A stretch of DNA of 63,173 nucleotides, counting the filler, from Octopus bimaculoides (lineage: Eukaryota), in NCBI RefSeq assembly GCF_001194135.2. It is 7 parts of 7 records of this genome, joined end to end, with 100 filler letters (N's around TTAATTAATTAA, not from the genome) between each part and the next. Parts side by side here need not be neighbours in the genome. Positions count along the whole stretch, not along the records: positions 1 to 26,465 come from NC_068985.1; 6 more parts are not named here. One strand, given 5' to 3'. The translations under genes and the position numbers were made by a program. This document shows positions 1 to 13,470 of this stretch, piece after piece. The notes under the pieces were generated by a model. It was not told the origin of the DNA, searched no databases, and saw nothing but the letters and a program-made list of their open reading frames with translations. Position 1 is the first letter of the stretch, and every line of letters starts with the position of its first letter.

Positions 1-67
<67 letters not shown>
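1..67. repeat. (TG)n microsatellite, one of dozens of CA/TG, TA, GA, TAA/TCA and TACA tracts in the window
   Basis: Directly visible. Similar tracts lie at ~615-650, 1845-1915, 5230-5275, 6100-6201, 27570-27680 and 38993-39093. Confidence 0.99.
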
Positions 68-69
<2 letters not shown>

Positions 70-611
70 TCACTTTATTTTAAGTTTCCGTATGACAACA
101 AAAAGAAAAGACAAAAAAGAGAGAAGGGGAAATATAAGAAAGTAAGAAGGTAGAAAGGTTGAAAGGCTGAGAGAGAGTGACAGTGTGGCGCAGTTCGATG
201 GTGGGTCGGCGTCATTGTTTGATGTGTAATGGCTTGCCTAGCAGATGTCTATAGGAGGAACACAATGATTATCCGCCATTATTGTCTTTCACAATTGTTC
301 TTCCGATGGTGTACCCTTTCCAGTAATTAGGCTGTTTATGTTGAAGCGAAGATAGACGGATTAATGTCTTTGGCAAAGAGACTATTAATCATTTTACAAT
401 TTATACTGCGTTCACTTATATATTTCATCGAGTCTCTTGCCAAACAAATACAACCCTGAAATTATATTTTACTATTTTAGATGTACATCTATCTTATTGT
501 TTCACTTGATGTAGTGATGTAGTCTATAATTTAAGACTTCACCAACAAACAAACAACACCTTGTGAATGAGACGCCTTTAAAAGACGGAAACTGTACGGA
601 AGCCCTTCACA

Positions 612-654
<43 letters not shown>

Positions 655-658
<4 letters not shown>

Positions 659-1041
659 TCTTTTATTCTTTTATTTGTTTCAGTCATTTGACTGCGGCCA
701 TGCTGGAGCACCGCCTTTAGTCGAACAAATCGACCCCAGGACATATTCTTTGTAAGCCTAGTACTTATTTTATCGGTATCTTTTGCCGAACCACTAAGTT
801 ATGGGAACGTAAACACATCAACAACGATTGTCAAGTAATGGTGGGGGACAAACACAGACACACAGACACACACATATATACATATACGACGGGTTTCTTT
901 CAGTTTCCGCCTACCAAATCCACTCACAAGGCTTTGGTCAGCCCGAGGCTATAGCAGAAGACACTTGCCCAAGGTGCCACGCAATGAGACTGAACCCGGA
1001 ACCATGTGGTTTGTTAGCAAGCTTCTTACCACGCAGCCACT
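655..1041 (-). mobile_element. tRNA-derived SINE, family A, near full length
   Basis: The minus strand reads head gtggctgcgtggtaag...ggttccgggttcagtc, a body with an internal CA/TA tract and an (AAAAGAATA)n tail. About 10 similar copies occur in the window. Confidence 0.85.
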
Positions 1042-1661
1042 AAGTAGACTTGTTACCAGTTCAAATATGCTTGAAGATATTCGAAGCCGTAGAGAACCAA
1101 TCGATGTATTTTTCCTATGGAGAAAATTTCTTGTAGATAACAAAGGGAAAATACAGCGACTCAGCTCACAGTGTCTTCCTAACCAGACTGTTGGATGCAT
1201 GCATTTCGGAGTTCTTATCTCATCTTCAGCATCAGCGACAGAGACGGGAAATGCAGACGTTGCGAAATGACAGGGGAGACAGGTCATTGGCTGCATGATG
1301 TCATCATGCAGAAGAAATATTCCAGCTATTGAGTATTTGTCAAGAATTCCAGAGAATCCATACAGTTTATATAAATTGATAAATAATAGAAAATGATTTG
1401 AACGACATTCTTTATTTTAAACTACTACAATTGTTTCCACACATTTTTACACTTGTATTACTTTGGTGAGAGAATATAATTAACATGTGTAATCAACATC
1501 ATCCATCCTAAGTATCGAATGCGCTTCTTCAGATGATTGCTTTGAATAAGTCCTTCGTTAGCTCATACCATCGTTTCGCTCAGTATGAGAATAAAAGTGA
1601 CTTTGAATAAAGAATGTCCTTCAAACCATTTTCTACCATTTATCTACACACACGCACATAA

Positions 1662-1700
<39 letters not shown>

Positions 1701-1844
1701 CATATAGACAGACAGACAGATAGGCAGATAGATAGATACATTATACATATACATATGCATATATATGTATGTATAAACGCGTTTATATGTCTCCATATAT
1801 ATATAGACTACATCACTACATCAAGTGAAACAATAAGATAGAGA

Positions 1845-1918
<74 letters not shown>

Positions 1919-1922
1919 TAAA

Positions 1923-2618
1923 TGCGTTTTGAAGTGTCGTCTTCCCTTCTTTTACGCAATAAGAACGACCTATTTCTCGACCGGATTGTGACTTGCGATG
2001 AAAAGCGAATTCTTTACGACAACCGGCGACGCTCAGCTCAATGGTTGGATGCTAACGAAGCTCTACGGTACTTCCTGAAGCCAAAGTTGCACCAAAAGAG
2101 GGTCATGGTGACTGTTGGTGGTCTGTGGCCGATCTCATCCATCACAGCTTTTTGGATCCAGGCGAAACCATTACAGCGGAGAAGTACACTGTCAGCAAAT
2201 GGATGAATAAGAAACTCCGGCCACAACAGCCACCAATTCTTCTCCACGACAACCCTCGGTCGCACGTCGCACAACTGACTCTGCAGAAGTTGAACGAATT
2301 GGGCTAAGAAACTCTGCCTCATCCGCCATACTCACCATACCTCTCACCTACCGACTACGACTTTTTCAAGCATCTCGACAACTTCCTGCGTGAGAAATGT
2401 TTCAAAAACCAAGACGATGCCAAACACACCTTCAACGACTTCATCGCCTCCAGAACGCAGGATTTTTACGCTACTGGCATAAATAAACTTGTTTCACGTT
2501 GGCAAAAGTGTGTTGATTCTGATGGTGTTTATTTCGATTAATAAAGTTTTGTTTGAGCCGAGATATGTGTATCTGAATTTAAAGGTTAAAAACCGCAAGG
2601 ACTTTCTTGACAACGTAA
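1923..2618 (+). mobile_element. Mariner (D,D34D) transposase pseudogene, 3' half with right TIR
   Basis: Translated motifs IVTCDEK, LHDNPRSH, HPPYSPYLSPTDY and WQKCVDSDGVYFD*, with stops and frameshifts. The right TIR ccgcaaggactttcttgacaacgtaa matches the TIR of the copy at 51461-52229. Confidence 0.92.
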
Positions 2619-2619
2619 A

Positions 2620-3370
2620 TAGATCCATGGACGAGTTCTCTCCAACGATCTTTGTCCCTCCTCATTGTTGCCATGTCCTGTGTCTCCCAGAGACCAGTGT
2701 CTATCCTTAGGGCATCAGCATATATAATACTCGGTCTCCCTCTCTTAGTGTGTCCGTGTAGGGGTCCCCACATGAGAACTGGGTGCAGTTTCAACTCTGA
2801 ACAACGGTGAGCGTGTCCACCTAACCTCAGTCTCCTCTGTCTTATTTTCAAACTAACTATTGGGAGGCTCTTGTACAGCTCTGAGTATTTCATCCTTAGT
2901 GTATACTGATTAATGTTCAGAGCCAGCCTCAGCATTCTCGTGTAGCACCTATCCACCATCTGAATTTGGTTGTCGGTATCTAAGTCCCAGACCCGTACAA
3001 CAGCACACACTCCACTGCAGCAAATAAGAGACGGATCTTCAGGTCTTTATGAATCACCGACTTCCATACAGATCTCAAATTGTGGCATGCCACCCAGACT
3101 TTGCTCTTCCTCTCAACTATATCACCCTCTGCGTTCCCTATCTTTGCTCCCAGATGCAGGAAGTCCTCCGCCAACTCTAGTGGCTTCCCTCAACCAACTC
3201 TACATTCATAATCTTCTCTGGTTTCTTAATGTTCTCTACCAGATATTTCGTCTTAATTTCATTCATTTTCAGTCCCACACACATCAACAGTCTCCACTTC
3301 CTGCATCAACTCCTCTGCCTACCTCGCTGTTTTTGCTACCAGAACTACGTCGACAGACTTGTCTTTAACT
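2620..3370 (-). mobile_element. RTE-clade LINE, degenerate 3' fragment (RT end and C-terminus)
   Basis: Minus frames give GLKMNEIKTKY, EDFLHLG, LKIRLLFAAVECVLLYGSGT, IRQRRLRLGGH, GHTKRGRPSIIY and DRWRELV, typical of RTE ORF2. The frames are broken. Confidence 0.85.
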
Positions 3371-3737
3371 GCGGTTAATTTCGGTATTAATTGATAAATG
3401 ACATGTATTTATTTTTATTGCTGACGTATGAAGAAAAATAAATTCTTCATGAAGTGAGAAATGTTACTAACCTGAAACATACTACTTATTCTTCGATTCA
3501 AGGATGGCATTTATACGTTGTTTCTGCACAGGTTAGAAATAACAGACAAACCTTTCTCAAATGTCACCCTTCTCATTTATTAAAACACACAAAGGGCGCA
3601 TTCAATAAAATAATCCTAGGTCACCCTATAAAGACTGATCGGTCAGGGCTACTTATAGCTTAACAACAACTAATCCTTTTAGATCGAAGAAATAAAAAGC
3701 GGTTAAGTACATGGATGGATTTAAGTAATTATGTTTC

Positions 3738-3770
<33 letters not shown>

Positions 3771-5219
3771 CTATAAGGTTTTTTTATGTAACCACTTTTA
3801 ACCTTTCACAATTGAAAGCGTAAAAAAAATAAATAATGTACAAATTAGAGATGTCATCCATTTAATTCTGCTTTGTTCGCCATGGCGTTGGACAAGTTTA
3901 AGAAAATGGACGCCATCTTGAATATATTAAACCAGGTAATTTGTTTACTTTAATTGCCAGTCCTCTCAGACTCTGCCTCTTTGGATGGAGCCACCTCTCC
4001 TATGAGAAACACCGTGTTAAATTATTGGCTGTCAGATAAATTCATTCGTTCTATTAACATGAAAAGTATTTTTATCAAAATGTATTCCGATTTTCTTGTA
4101 GCATCATTCTTCCCCTACAACTTTCGTTCATTGTTTTTTTTTTTTTCAAATTTGAATAAATTTTATATCTTTTCAGACATATGACGACTGAGTGCCAAGT
4201 AAAATAAAACGAACGAATTTATATGACAACTGAAATATCAAATTCGTTGCTTCTGGTCTTGAGGTCCATTCAAATCCTGCAGGCGTCATTTAATTCACTG
4301 ACATCGCAATAACGTACAGGATTTAAGTATTCTGAAGAAGAAAAACAAAAATGTTGATAGCTTTTTTACAAATTACAATAACCAATGTATCATATACGTT
4401 TATTTTAGGTATGGTGATATGATTTTGGACAAGAAATGTTTTAAAAAATCTACCCGCTTAAGGCGTTTCATCACTATTTGAAAATTTCATAAGTTCTGAT
4501 CACTAAATTTAATTTCTATATTTCTAAAGAAGCGAATGTTTAGATAACAACAAACGGTTTCTGCTGATATCTTTTTTTATATTTGATTTTTAATTTTTAT
4601 TTTTTCAAACTCTGGAAAAGTGAATGTTATCTGCTAGAAAATAAAGTCTCTTTTTGATGCAAAAAAAAAAAATTGTAAGATAGAGGGAGAAAAGGAAAGA
4701 AACAGATAAACAGATCGCAAAATACTTTCAAAACAAATTGTTTGAATTTTTGTTTTATTCTTTAGCGCAAATTTTGTATTCACATCAGCAAAATTAGATC
4801 CCTTCGTGAGAAGACATGATAACCAACCAAAATATTGTACGCTACGTTATAAGAAACTTAGCAATCCACATATAAAATAAAATCCTGTGGGTTATGTTTT
4901 TAGTTATTATTGTTATTGTTGTTGGTGATGGTGGTGGTGGTGGTGAGAGTGGTTGTTGTATCTTGTTTTGAATTTGTTAGTGGTGGTGTTTGTTTTGGTA
5001 TGTCGTTTTTATATTTTGGGGGTTTATTTTTCGTATTTTCCTAATAAACTACCAAGAAAAAAAACAGCTAGCTATCAGCAATACATTTTTTCCTGTGCAG
5101 CATCACACAGTAACTACGTCTCTGAATAATAAATATAATATTACATCAGTAGAAGAGGAAAAAAGCATTCTTACTTGCATCGTGTATATATACATATATA
5201 TATGTGTGTGTGTTTGTAC

Positions 5220-5270
<51 letters not shown>

Positions 5271-6096
5271 TGTGTGAATGTGTCTTTTCTATGTATATAT
5301 ATGTATGCACGTGTTTAAGTTTGTATACATAACTGTACATACATATATATATATATATATATGTACACACACACACACATATATATATATACATACAAAT
5401 ATACATAAAAATGTATATTTATACGTGTATTTAAGTATATATATATACTTAAAAACATTTATAGCTATACATATGTATTATATGTGTGTGTGTGTGTGTG
5501 TGTGCGTGCGTGTCAGTGTGTGTGAGTGAATGCCATGTATGTATTTATGTTGGTAGGAGTGGGTATTGGTCTAAAAAGCCACAGAAGGATTCTAAATTTT
5601 AAAATATTTTCTCTCTTTTTCGTATGAAATTATCTACTCGGGAGATATTTCTGTAGTGAGAATAATCTACACTTTAAGCATCATTTCATAGCTCCATGAT
5701 CACCGAGGGAAGCCAAATAAACTGGACATTCAATCGCACAAATGACCGTCTTCGGAGATGTGAACTTAAACAAACTGATTTAGTGCATTAGTCTCATTGG
5801 GAAGGAACAGGATGTATACACCTGTAATTTGAAGTCAGGTTATTTCAGTAATTGAAAACAATCGGGTCTGCGGTTATTTTACTTCATATAATTTTATATC
5901 ACAATTTGTGAGCAGCAGCATCGTTAAATACAGGTTTTTAACGAACTAAACAGTGAATATCTGTCATTCTGACAGTATGAATGACAAAGGAGTGTCTGTA
6001 ACTCAATGTATCTAAACAATTCGCTCCTAAAGTATCACTGTATCGATTTCCTCGCCGGTGTTTGCATCCTTTTATACGCACACAACACACATGCTT

Positions 6097-6127
<31 letters not shown>

Positions 6128-6135
6128 TACAAACA

Positions 6136-6201
<66 letters not shown>

Positions 6202-6963
6202 NNNNNNNNNNNNNNNNNNNNNNNNNNNNNNNNNNNNNNNNNNNNNNNNNNNNNNNNNNNNNNNNNNNNNNNNNNNNNNNNNNNNNNNNNNNNNNNNNNN
6301 NNNNNNNNNNNNNNNNNNNNNNNNNNNNNNNNNNNNNNNNNNNNNNNNNNNNNNNNNNNNNNNNNNNNNNNNNNNNNNNNNNNNNNNNNNNNNNNNNNNN
6401 NNNNNNNNNNNNNNNNNNNNNNNNNNNNNNNNNNNNNNNNNNNNNNNNNNNNNNNNNNNNNNNNNNNNNNNNNNNNNNNNNNNNNNNNNNNNNNNNNNNN
6501 NNNNNNNNNNNNNNNNNNNNNNNNNNNNNNNNNNNNNNNNNNNNNNNNNNNNNNNNNNNNNNNNNNNNNNNNNNNNNNNNNNNNNNNNNNNNNNNNNNNN
6601 NNNNNNNNNNNNNNNNNNNNNNNNNNNNNNNNNNNNNNNNNNNNNNNNNNNNNNNNNNNNNNNNNNNNNNNNNNNNNNNNNNNNNNNNNNNNNNNNNNNN
6701 NNNNNNNNNNNNNNNNNNNNNNNNNNNNNNNNNNNNNNNNNNNNNNNNNNNNNNNNNNNNNNNNNNNNNNNNNNNNNNNNNNNNNNNNNNNNNNNNNNNN
6801 NNNNNNNNNNNNNNNNNNNNNNNNNNNNNNNNNNNNNNNNNNNNNNNNNNNNNNNNNNNNNNNNNNNNNNNNNNNNNNNNNCAGACGGGTAGTCATGAAG
6901 GGTATAATGGGCTTCGTATATTTTACCCCAGTGTCACTTTGATGGCATACACTGTTCTCTTAC

Positions 6964-7027
<64 letters not shown>

Positions 7028-7190
7028 CATTGAAAAATACCTTAGGAATGAGAACCCAGGTTCGAAATTTCCTCAAGACACCTGATGAAGGCTGGAGGGT
7101 ATATCAGCGGAAACGTTGTGTTAACAACAAACAAGATGAGGACAAATATCCATCAAATGTAAATAATGTAAATAATGTAAGTAGACCAAG
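6964..7190 (+). mobile_element. (TAA)n plus hammerhead-motif repeat, copy 1
   Basis: acattgaaaaataccttaggaatgagaacccaggttcg...gacac CTGATGA a ggctgg agggtata tcagcg GAAA cgtt gtgtt...aaataatgtaaat. Highly similar to 14855-15010 and 18036-18220. Confidence 0.8.
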
Positions 7191-7389
7191 TATTAATCGC
7201 TTCTAAGAGCAACGGAATCCCATTACTTTGTATTCCAGTGACCGTTGTGGAATGTTCTGTTCCTTGTATGTATTTTTTAGGGGCAACAAGAGAAAAGCTT
7301 GTGATATCCAATCAAAAACTAAACATGAACAACTTGACAAAATAGCTTTTGATTTCGTCATCGTATCTACTCTTTAAATGTTATATTTA

Positions 7390-7880
7390 CTTGTATAGAA
7401 TTGGGACTTGGCATAACTGTAACTACCAATATAAGATTTGGCAGCCTTTTTTGTGTCTGTCACCTTAGATTACACAGGTAATTACAAACCACACAGAAAA
7501 CTCAATGGAAAGCTTACGTAAATCAACAGAAATTGTAAAGACACTCTTATCATCTTCAAAAACGTAATTAAAGATATGGGAAAGAATTTCTAATACATTT
7601 TCAGACAAATCGAAACTCAACAGAGCAGACAATTTCTACGATAGCATCTTAAAGAATAGCAATTTCAAATTAAAAATAAGTTTTTCACTCAACGCAATGC
7701 AAACTACGAACAGAGAATAAATATTAAAATTAAACACAACTAAAATATGTTTTGCTTTAATCCTCCTTGTGGCCTCAATGTCATCTCTGATCTCGAAAGA
7801 TAAAAATATAAGAGTCTTTCTGAACTTAACCTCTCCACCGGAACCAATCTGCACAAACCCTTTAACCATGAAAACCGTAA
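7390..7880 (+). mobile_element. Penelope-like element relic (RT thumb/linker region)
   Basis: Frameshifted peptides ELGLGITVTTN, VTLDYTGNYKPHRKLNGKLT*IN, RISNTFSDKSKLNRADNFYDSILKNSNFKLKISF and FCFNPPCGLNV resemble the PLE consensus (FLDVTxDLxTGxYKPYRKPN, WFNPPYSxNV) as recalled. Confidence 0.7.
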
Positions 7881-7946
7881 GGGGATCGACAGCTGTTTTT
7901 CCTGTTTTGCTAGCAGTTTAATATTATGTATGTCATTTACATTTTA

Positions 7947-7993
<47 letters not shown>

Positions 7994-8289
7994 CTAAGAT
8001 TTCTTGTCTTCACTAGTTTATTTGATGATTTGGGATTCTAGATGCAAATACAGAAATCGCTAGTGTAATCCTCCGCTCAAAGTTTTCGGTCGTACATCAA
8101 TGTTTGAAGTGATTAAAACGATCACAATGTGTTGTCGTCACCGTTTAACTCCGTATCAGTCCTGATTGAACAGACCTCTGCTCAAAGCTTTAGATGGGAC
8201 CATTCCATTTCAATTTCAGCATCATTGTATCCAGAACTATCTCATATGACTTTTTATTAGATTGGTGAAAAGTTAATCAGATTGAATGT

Positions 8290-8830
8290 TATTCATAAAA
8301 ATAATAACCTCCAGAATTGCACCCTTTTACTAACAAGCAACAAGTCTTTTGGGTATTTTTCGGTTGCGTAAAATTTTGAAGTTTTAGAACTAATACATTC
8401 TTCAAAGCCATTTTGAGTCACTGCTTAGACCATTTTTCCTAGGAAGTTAGCGAGTTGCTTCAAAACTAGTTGTGAATCGAAGAGGGGTTTGCGGATAAAG
8501 CTGAGTAAGATAGAGTACCTTCACCCAGTACAAATTCTGTAGAGTCATTTCTGAGCGATCGGGTGTTATTATGGAGAAGGATTGGTCTTTTTCAATTGAA
8601 CAATGCTGGACGTAATCGTCGAAGTTAATGACACATTTCGTTGACTTCCTAATTATACTTCTCTGTTGGAATGGTTTCACCAAGATTCAAAGATCAGAAA
8701 CGTATGCTGTCACTTATCAACCATCAAATAAATTCCATAACAACATTTTGATGCATCGTCAGCTTGAGAGAGTGTTTAGTGTTTCATCTCGATTCAGTCA
8801 CTCAACTCAATACGCCGCCATATGTTATTC
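8290..8830 (-). mobile_element. Highly decayed mariner transposase relic
   Basis: The minus strand gives LKQLANFLGK and FEECISSKTSKFYAT, collinear with KHLDNFLREK and FNDFIASRTQDFYAT in the copy at 1923-2618. Many stops. Confidence 0.55.
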
Positions 8831-9034
8831 TTAATCCGATCAATAAATAGATCGTATTTTTATGCGCAAAAGGTGCAGCACAGATTTGTAACAGCGATTT
8901 GGGATAGCCATTCGTCGATGTCTTTCTTTCCTTTTTCTTAACTTTCCCGTGTGGTACAATCCAAGACAACAAGTATATGACCAACTTTTAATTCAGTAAC
9001 CTTTTGTTGTTTCACGTATATCAATAATCCTTTC

Positions 9035-9228
9035 TACTCTAGGCACAAGGACTGAAATTTTCGATTATATCGACCCCAGTACGCAACTGATACTTATTTT
9101 ATCAACCCCGAAAGGATAAAAGGCAAAGTCTACCTCGGCGAAATTAGAACTCAGAACGTAAAGACAGACGAAATACCGCTAAGCATTTCGCCCAGCGTGC
9201 TAACGATTCTACCAGCTCACTTCCTTAT
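9035..9228 (-). mobile_element. tRNA-derived SINE, family B
   Basis: Reverse complement of gagctggcagaa...gttctgagttc...gcctttcatcctttcggggtcgataaa. More than 10 copies occur in the window. Confidence 0.8.
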
Positions 9229-9856
9229 ACGTGTATCAATAATGGCGTGCAGTTGGTCATTTTTCAGTCGCAGAAGGTCGTTTGCAAACGTTCTCCCCTT
9301 CTGACTTTCCACCTCGCAGAATCTAAACTCTAAAATCTTTAGAACCAATGTTGAATAGCGGGTTTGTTGATGGTCCCTTAATCAGATGGTCCTTTAATCA
9401 GATGCTTGGTTGGTGTTGCATGAAGTTTCCGCAAATTTGCATCCCATTTTGAATTCATACAATAAGATCAAACATTTATGTCGTATTGTAATCGAAAAAG
9501 CAGGTGAGGGTTGAGAGGCATGTGCGTCCCATCCCGGTAAAATTTGTTGCATGGTGGGCGAATGTGGTGAGGATGGCCTAAGTGAATGGACTTACTCTAC
9601 GCTAATGCTTATAGACTGAGGAGTATGAAGGAGACAGGATCACTTGTCTTGGTATTCCTGATGAGCAGGGTGGCTCAGCTTCTGGTAACCCCTGAAAGGG
9701 GGGCATTTCATTCACCCATTAAGGAAACCCCTTGTCAGATTTTTGTGTTTTGATTTTGTTTTGTTTTGTTTTTAATTGCTAATCTTTTTCATTGTTTACA
9801 CGTTTCTCTTTAAAACAATTCTCAGTTTCTTAAATGCTTCCACAGCCCTTGAACCC

Positions 9857-9907
9857 ATCATCATCATCATCATCACTACTACCACCACCGCCACCACCAT
9901 TATCATT

Positions 9908-9954
<47 letters not shown>

Positions 9955-10031
9955 TCTTATTATAGCTATCATCATCATCATCATCATCATTATCATCATT
10001 ATTATTATCATTATTATTATTATTATTATTA

Positions 10032-10072
<41 letters not shown>

Positions 10073-10095
10073 ATTATTATCATCATTATTACTAA

Positions 10096-10182
<87 letters not shown>

Positions 10183-10462
10183 TATGTTTATTATTGTTAA
10201 GGCAGTAAGCTAGCAGAATCGTTTGCATGCCGAAAAAAGTGTTTGGCGGTAATTCGTCCGTCTTTATGTTCTGAGCTCAAATTTCTCCGAAGTCAATTTT
10301 GCCTTTCATCTTTCGGAGTAGACGAAACAAGTACCAGCTGAATACTGGAGTCGATGCAACGAACTTACCCCCTCCCCTCAAAAATTATTGGCCTTGTGCC
10401 AAACTTTGACACAACCATCATGATCCTCATCATAATCATCATCATCATCATCATCATCACCA

Positions 10463-10535
<73 letters not shown>

Positions 10536-10560
10536 CATCATCATCATCATCATCATGGTT
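9857..10560. repeat. Compound (ATC)n/(ATT)n microsatellites flanking a family B SINE (10201-10415, +)
   Basis: Visible trinucleotide tracts that generate the spurious poly-I/M/N/D ORFs in the track. Confidence 0.95.
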
Positions 10561-12232
10561 ATTATCGTTCTTGTTATTATTAATCCATTGCAAAAGATTG
10601 CATTTTCAATGTTATTTATTGGAATTTAACTCTCACCTTAAATGGAGCAAGTCCATAGCCGATAACTGGCTGNNNNNNNNNNNNNNNNNNNNNNNNNNNN
10701 NNNNNNNNNNNNNNNNNNNNNNNNNNNNNNNNNNNNNNNNNNNNNNNNNNNNNNNNNNNNNNNNNNNNNNNNNNNNNNNNNNNNNNNNNNNNNNNNNNNN
10801 NNNNNNNNNNNNNNNNNNNNNNNNNNNNNNNNNNNNNNNNNNNNNNNNNNNNNNNNNNNNNNNNNNNNNNNNNNNNNNNNNNNNNNNNNNNNNNNNNNNN
10901 NNNNNNNNNNNNNNNNNNNNNNNNNNNNNNNNNNNNNNNNNNNNNNNNNNNNNNNNNNNNNNNNNNNNNNNNNNNNNNNNNNNNNNNNNNNNNNNNNNNN
11001 NNNNNNNNNNNNNNNNNNNNNNNNNNNNNNNNNNNNNNNNNNNNNNNNNNNNNNNNNNNNNNNNNNNNNNNNNNNNNNNNNNNNNNNNNNNNNNNNNNNN
11101 NNNNNNNNNNNNNNNNNNNNNNNNNNNNNNNNNNNNNNNNNNNNNNNNNNNNNNNNNNNNNNNNNNNNNNNNNNNNNNNNNNNNNNNNNNNNNNNNNNNN
11201 NNNNNNNNNNNNNNNNNNNNNNNNNNNNNNNNNNNNNNNNNNNNNNNNNNNNNNNNNNNNNNNNNNNNNNNNNNNNNNNNNNNNNNNNNNNNNNNNNNNN
11301 NNNNNNNNNNNNNNNNNNNNNNNNNNNNNNNNNNNNNNNNNNNNNNNNNNNNNNNNNNNNNNNNNNNNNNNNNNNNNNNNNNNNNNNNNNNNNNNNNNNN
11401 NNNNNNNNNNNNNNNNNNNNNNNNNNNNNNNNNNNNNNNNNNNNNNNNNNNNNNNNNNNNNNNNNNNNNNNNNNNNNNNNNNNNNNNNNNNNNNNNNNNN
11501 NNNNNNNNNNNNNNNNNNNNNNNNNNNNNNNNNNNNNNNNNNNNNNNNNNNNNNNNNNNNNNNNNNNNNNNNNNNNAAGTTGTCGATTTTATAAAGACAT
11601 TTAAATTCCCAGTTAGTTAGTGGAGAATATGTGTATTTCTCTCTCTCCTCTCACTGTGTCTCTGTACTATATATATATATATCTATATATATATATATAT
11701 CTATATATATATATGCATAAATTCATACATACATACATACATACATACATACATACATAATACATAATACATACATACATACATACATACATGCATACAT
11801 ACATGTATGTATGTATACACGTATATGGTAAATGGCGACTCGCAGACTATGAAGACAAATGCACCATCCATTATTCAAAACAAGGCGTGCGGTGTCTTAA
11901 GACAAACAAATCGCTACTTAGCTGCGTAACCTTTAACTTTTTCAGACAAGAAAATATTATTATCATTATTATTAAAACCACAACCTCTTTTAATAAGTTG
12001 ACAGTTAATGGATTAACAAAGCTAAAAGTCACCCATTATGCTATGTCTGTGTGTATAATTACACAAATAGCCACGCATATATGCATCTATACATAAACGT
12101 ATACATACATTAGATATATATATATATATATATATATAAGCGCACACACACTCACACACACAAATGTGCAAATACACGTATACGATTCACATCTTTAAGA
12201 GTTTTCCTGAAACAACAACAAGAAAATTATTA

Positions 12233-12266
<34 letters not shown>

Positions 12267-13129
12267 CATAATTTTTTCCAACATCCGTCGCCATTTTGGT
12301 GATATAAGAAATCTTTGTAGCTATTTATTTATTTTAAGATATTTTATATCGCATGTCGTGAACAATAGCATTGTGGGCTACGGGTCTCCAAACAGGCCAA
12401 TTACTGTGTTTCTGTATATTTCTGACGACCACAGTTACAAAACATTGCCTGTGCAACACGACGAAACAAATGTCACACAGAGATTTTCTTACGTTTTTGT
12501 TCGACAGCGTCAGTCTTTTCCTTTTCCTCGACGATGTTTACTTCTAACGCCGGTTGTTTTTATGTGTATGTGTACGCATGCACGCACGTACACGCGCGCG
12601 CATGAGAGACTGAGAGAATTGTAACGTCGCCCGTAGGATTCGAACGCAGGATTCGTCTGTTGAAAACTGTATAGCTGTGCAAGCCACTACACCAAAGCGT
12701 TATCACAACCCTTAACCTCTTAAATCAGAACTTAAATTAAGTAGCCATATTGATATAGTAGTGACATGTCAACGGGAATCGAAGTTTATACAGTATTCAA
12801 GGTGTAGCATTAGATAGATATAGGGCTGAACACAGAAGGGACAAAATACAAAGTAGAGCTTTTCTTTTGGGGAAAAAGAAGAGAAGAAAAAACGAAAGAA
12901 AAAAAGTGGATCGAATTCCGATCAAAAGGGATCGTGAAAACAAAAGTGGGGACCGATCAATAGGGATCGTGTATCACAGAAATGTCAATGTAAAAAGGGA
13001 AAACAGATTAAGTTTATCCATGGAAAGAAAAGCCTACGGAAAAGACCACGGGAACCTTGAGTAATAGTGTCATGCAAAAAAACACATTACAGTAAGTGGC
13101 TCTCTTTTTCCTTTCTCTTTTTTTTTTTT

Positions 13130-13470
13130 GTTCATAGGATTATGCTCAAACTGGCTCCGTCATTCACATGTGGCATCCTTGCTACATTCACCCATCTTTT
13201 TTTGAAACATTCACTAGACAAAACTTCCTTCTTTACTCTCACCTTTCTTTTCAAGTGATACTTGAAGAAGTTGATGAGAGATTCACCAGAGAGGAAAGTG
13301 TTTGTCTCTAGACCTTTCAGACGCGTCAACCATACACATTCTTTCGACGCTCTGTTAAGGGAATTCGTATAAAGTCTACACGAATTCCATTTGCCTGTAT
13401 GTGTTGTATGACACAATGAGCTGTCGTATCTCCGTGTTGTCCATAAATGACAACCGCCTGTTTGAAAAAT
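13130..13470 (-). mobile_element. L1/Tx1-like LINE ORF2 C-terminal fragment
   Basis: KGLETNTFLSGESLINFFKYHLKRKVRVKKEVLSSECFKKRWVNVARM. A homologous second copy lies at 41380-41650. The clade call is from recalled similarity. Confidence 0.6.

Noticed and set aside
965-1320. 101-aa ORF and neighbouring frames
   Set aside because: It starts inside a SINE, and has no recognisable motif or convincing splice sites.
3881-3935. gccATGG...CAG|gtaatt mini first exon MALDKFKKMDAILNILNQ
   Set aside because: No partner exon or family motif. Such short matches arise by chance.
6006-7085. Long ORFs spanning N-runs (also near 10.6, 16, 19, 20.7, 24.7, 32.3, 36, 37.7, 60 and 62 kb)
   Set aside because: They are artefacts of translating gaps and microsatellites.
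7745-7876. Apparent exon ...KDKNIRVFLNLTSPPEPICTNPLTMKT|gtaagg
   Set aside because: Better explained as frameshifted Penelope relic (FNPP motif in another frame). There is no good acceptor.
8251-8352. Apparent exon IGEKLIRLNVIHKNNNLQNCTLLL...
   Set aside because: It overlaps the antisense 3' end of a decayed mariner and the donor is weak.
9657-9710. CTGATGA...GAAA hammerhead-like motif
   Set aside because: Stem II pairs poorly and no stem I/III with a UH site is found.
9776-10629. Poly-I/M/N/D ORFs
   Set aside because: Translations of (ATC)/(ATT) microsatellites.
12625-12699. tRNA-like sequence on the minus strand (A and B boxes)
   Set aside because: No clean cloverleaf or acceptor stem. 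Probably a decayed SINE head rather than a tRNA gene.
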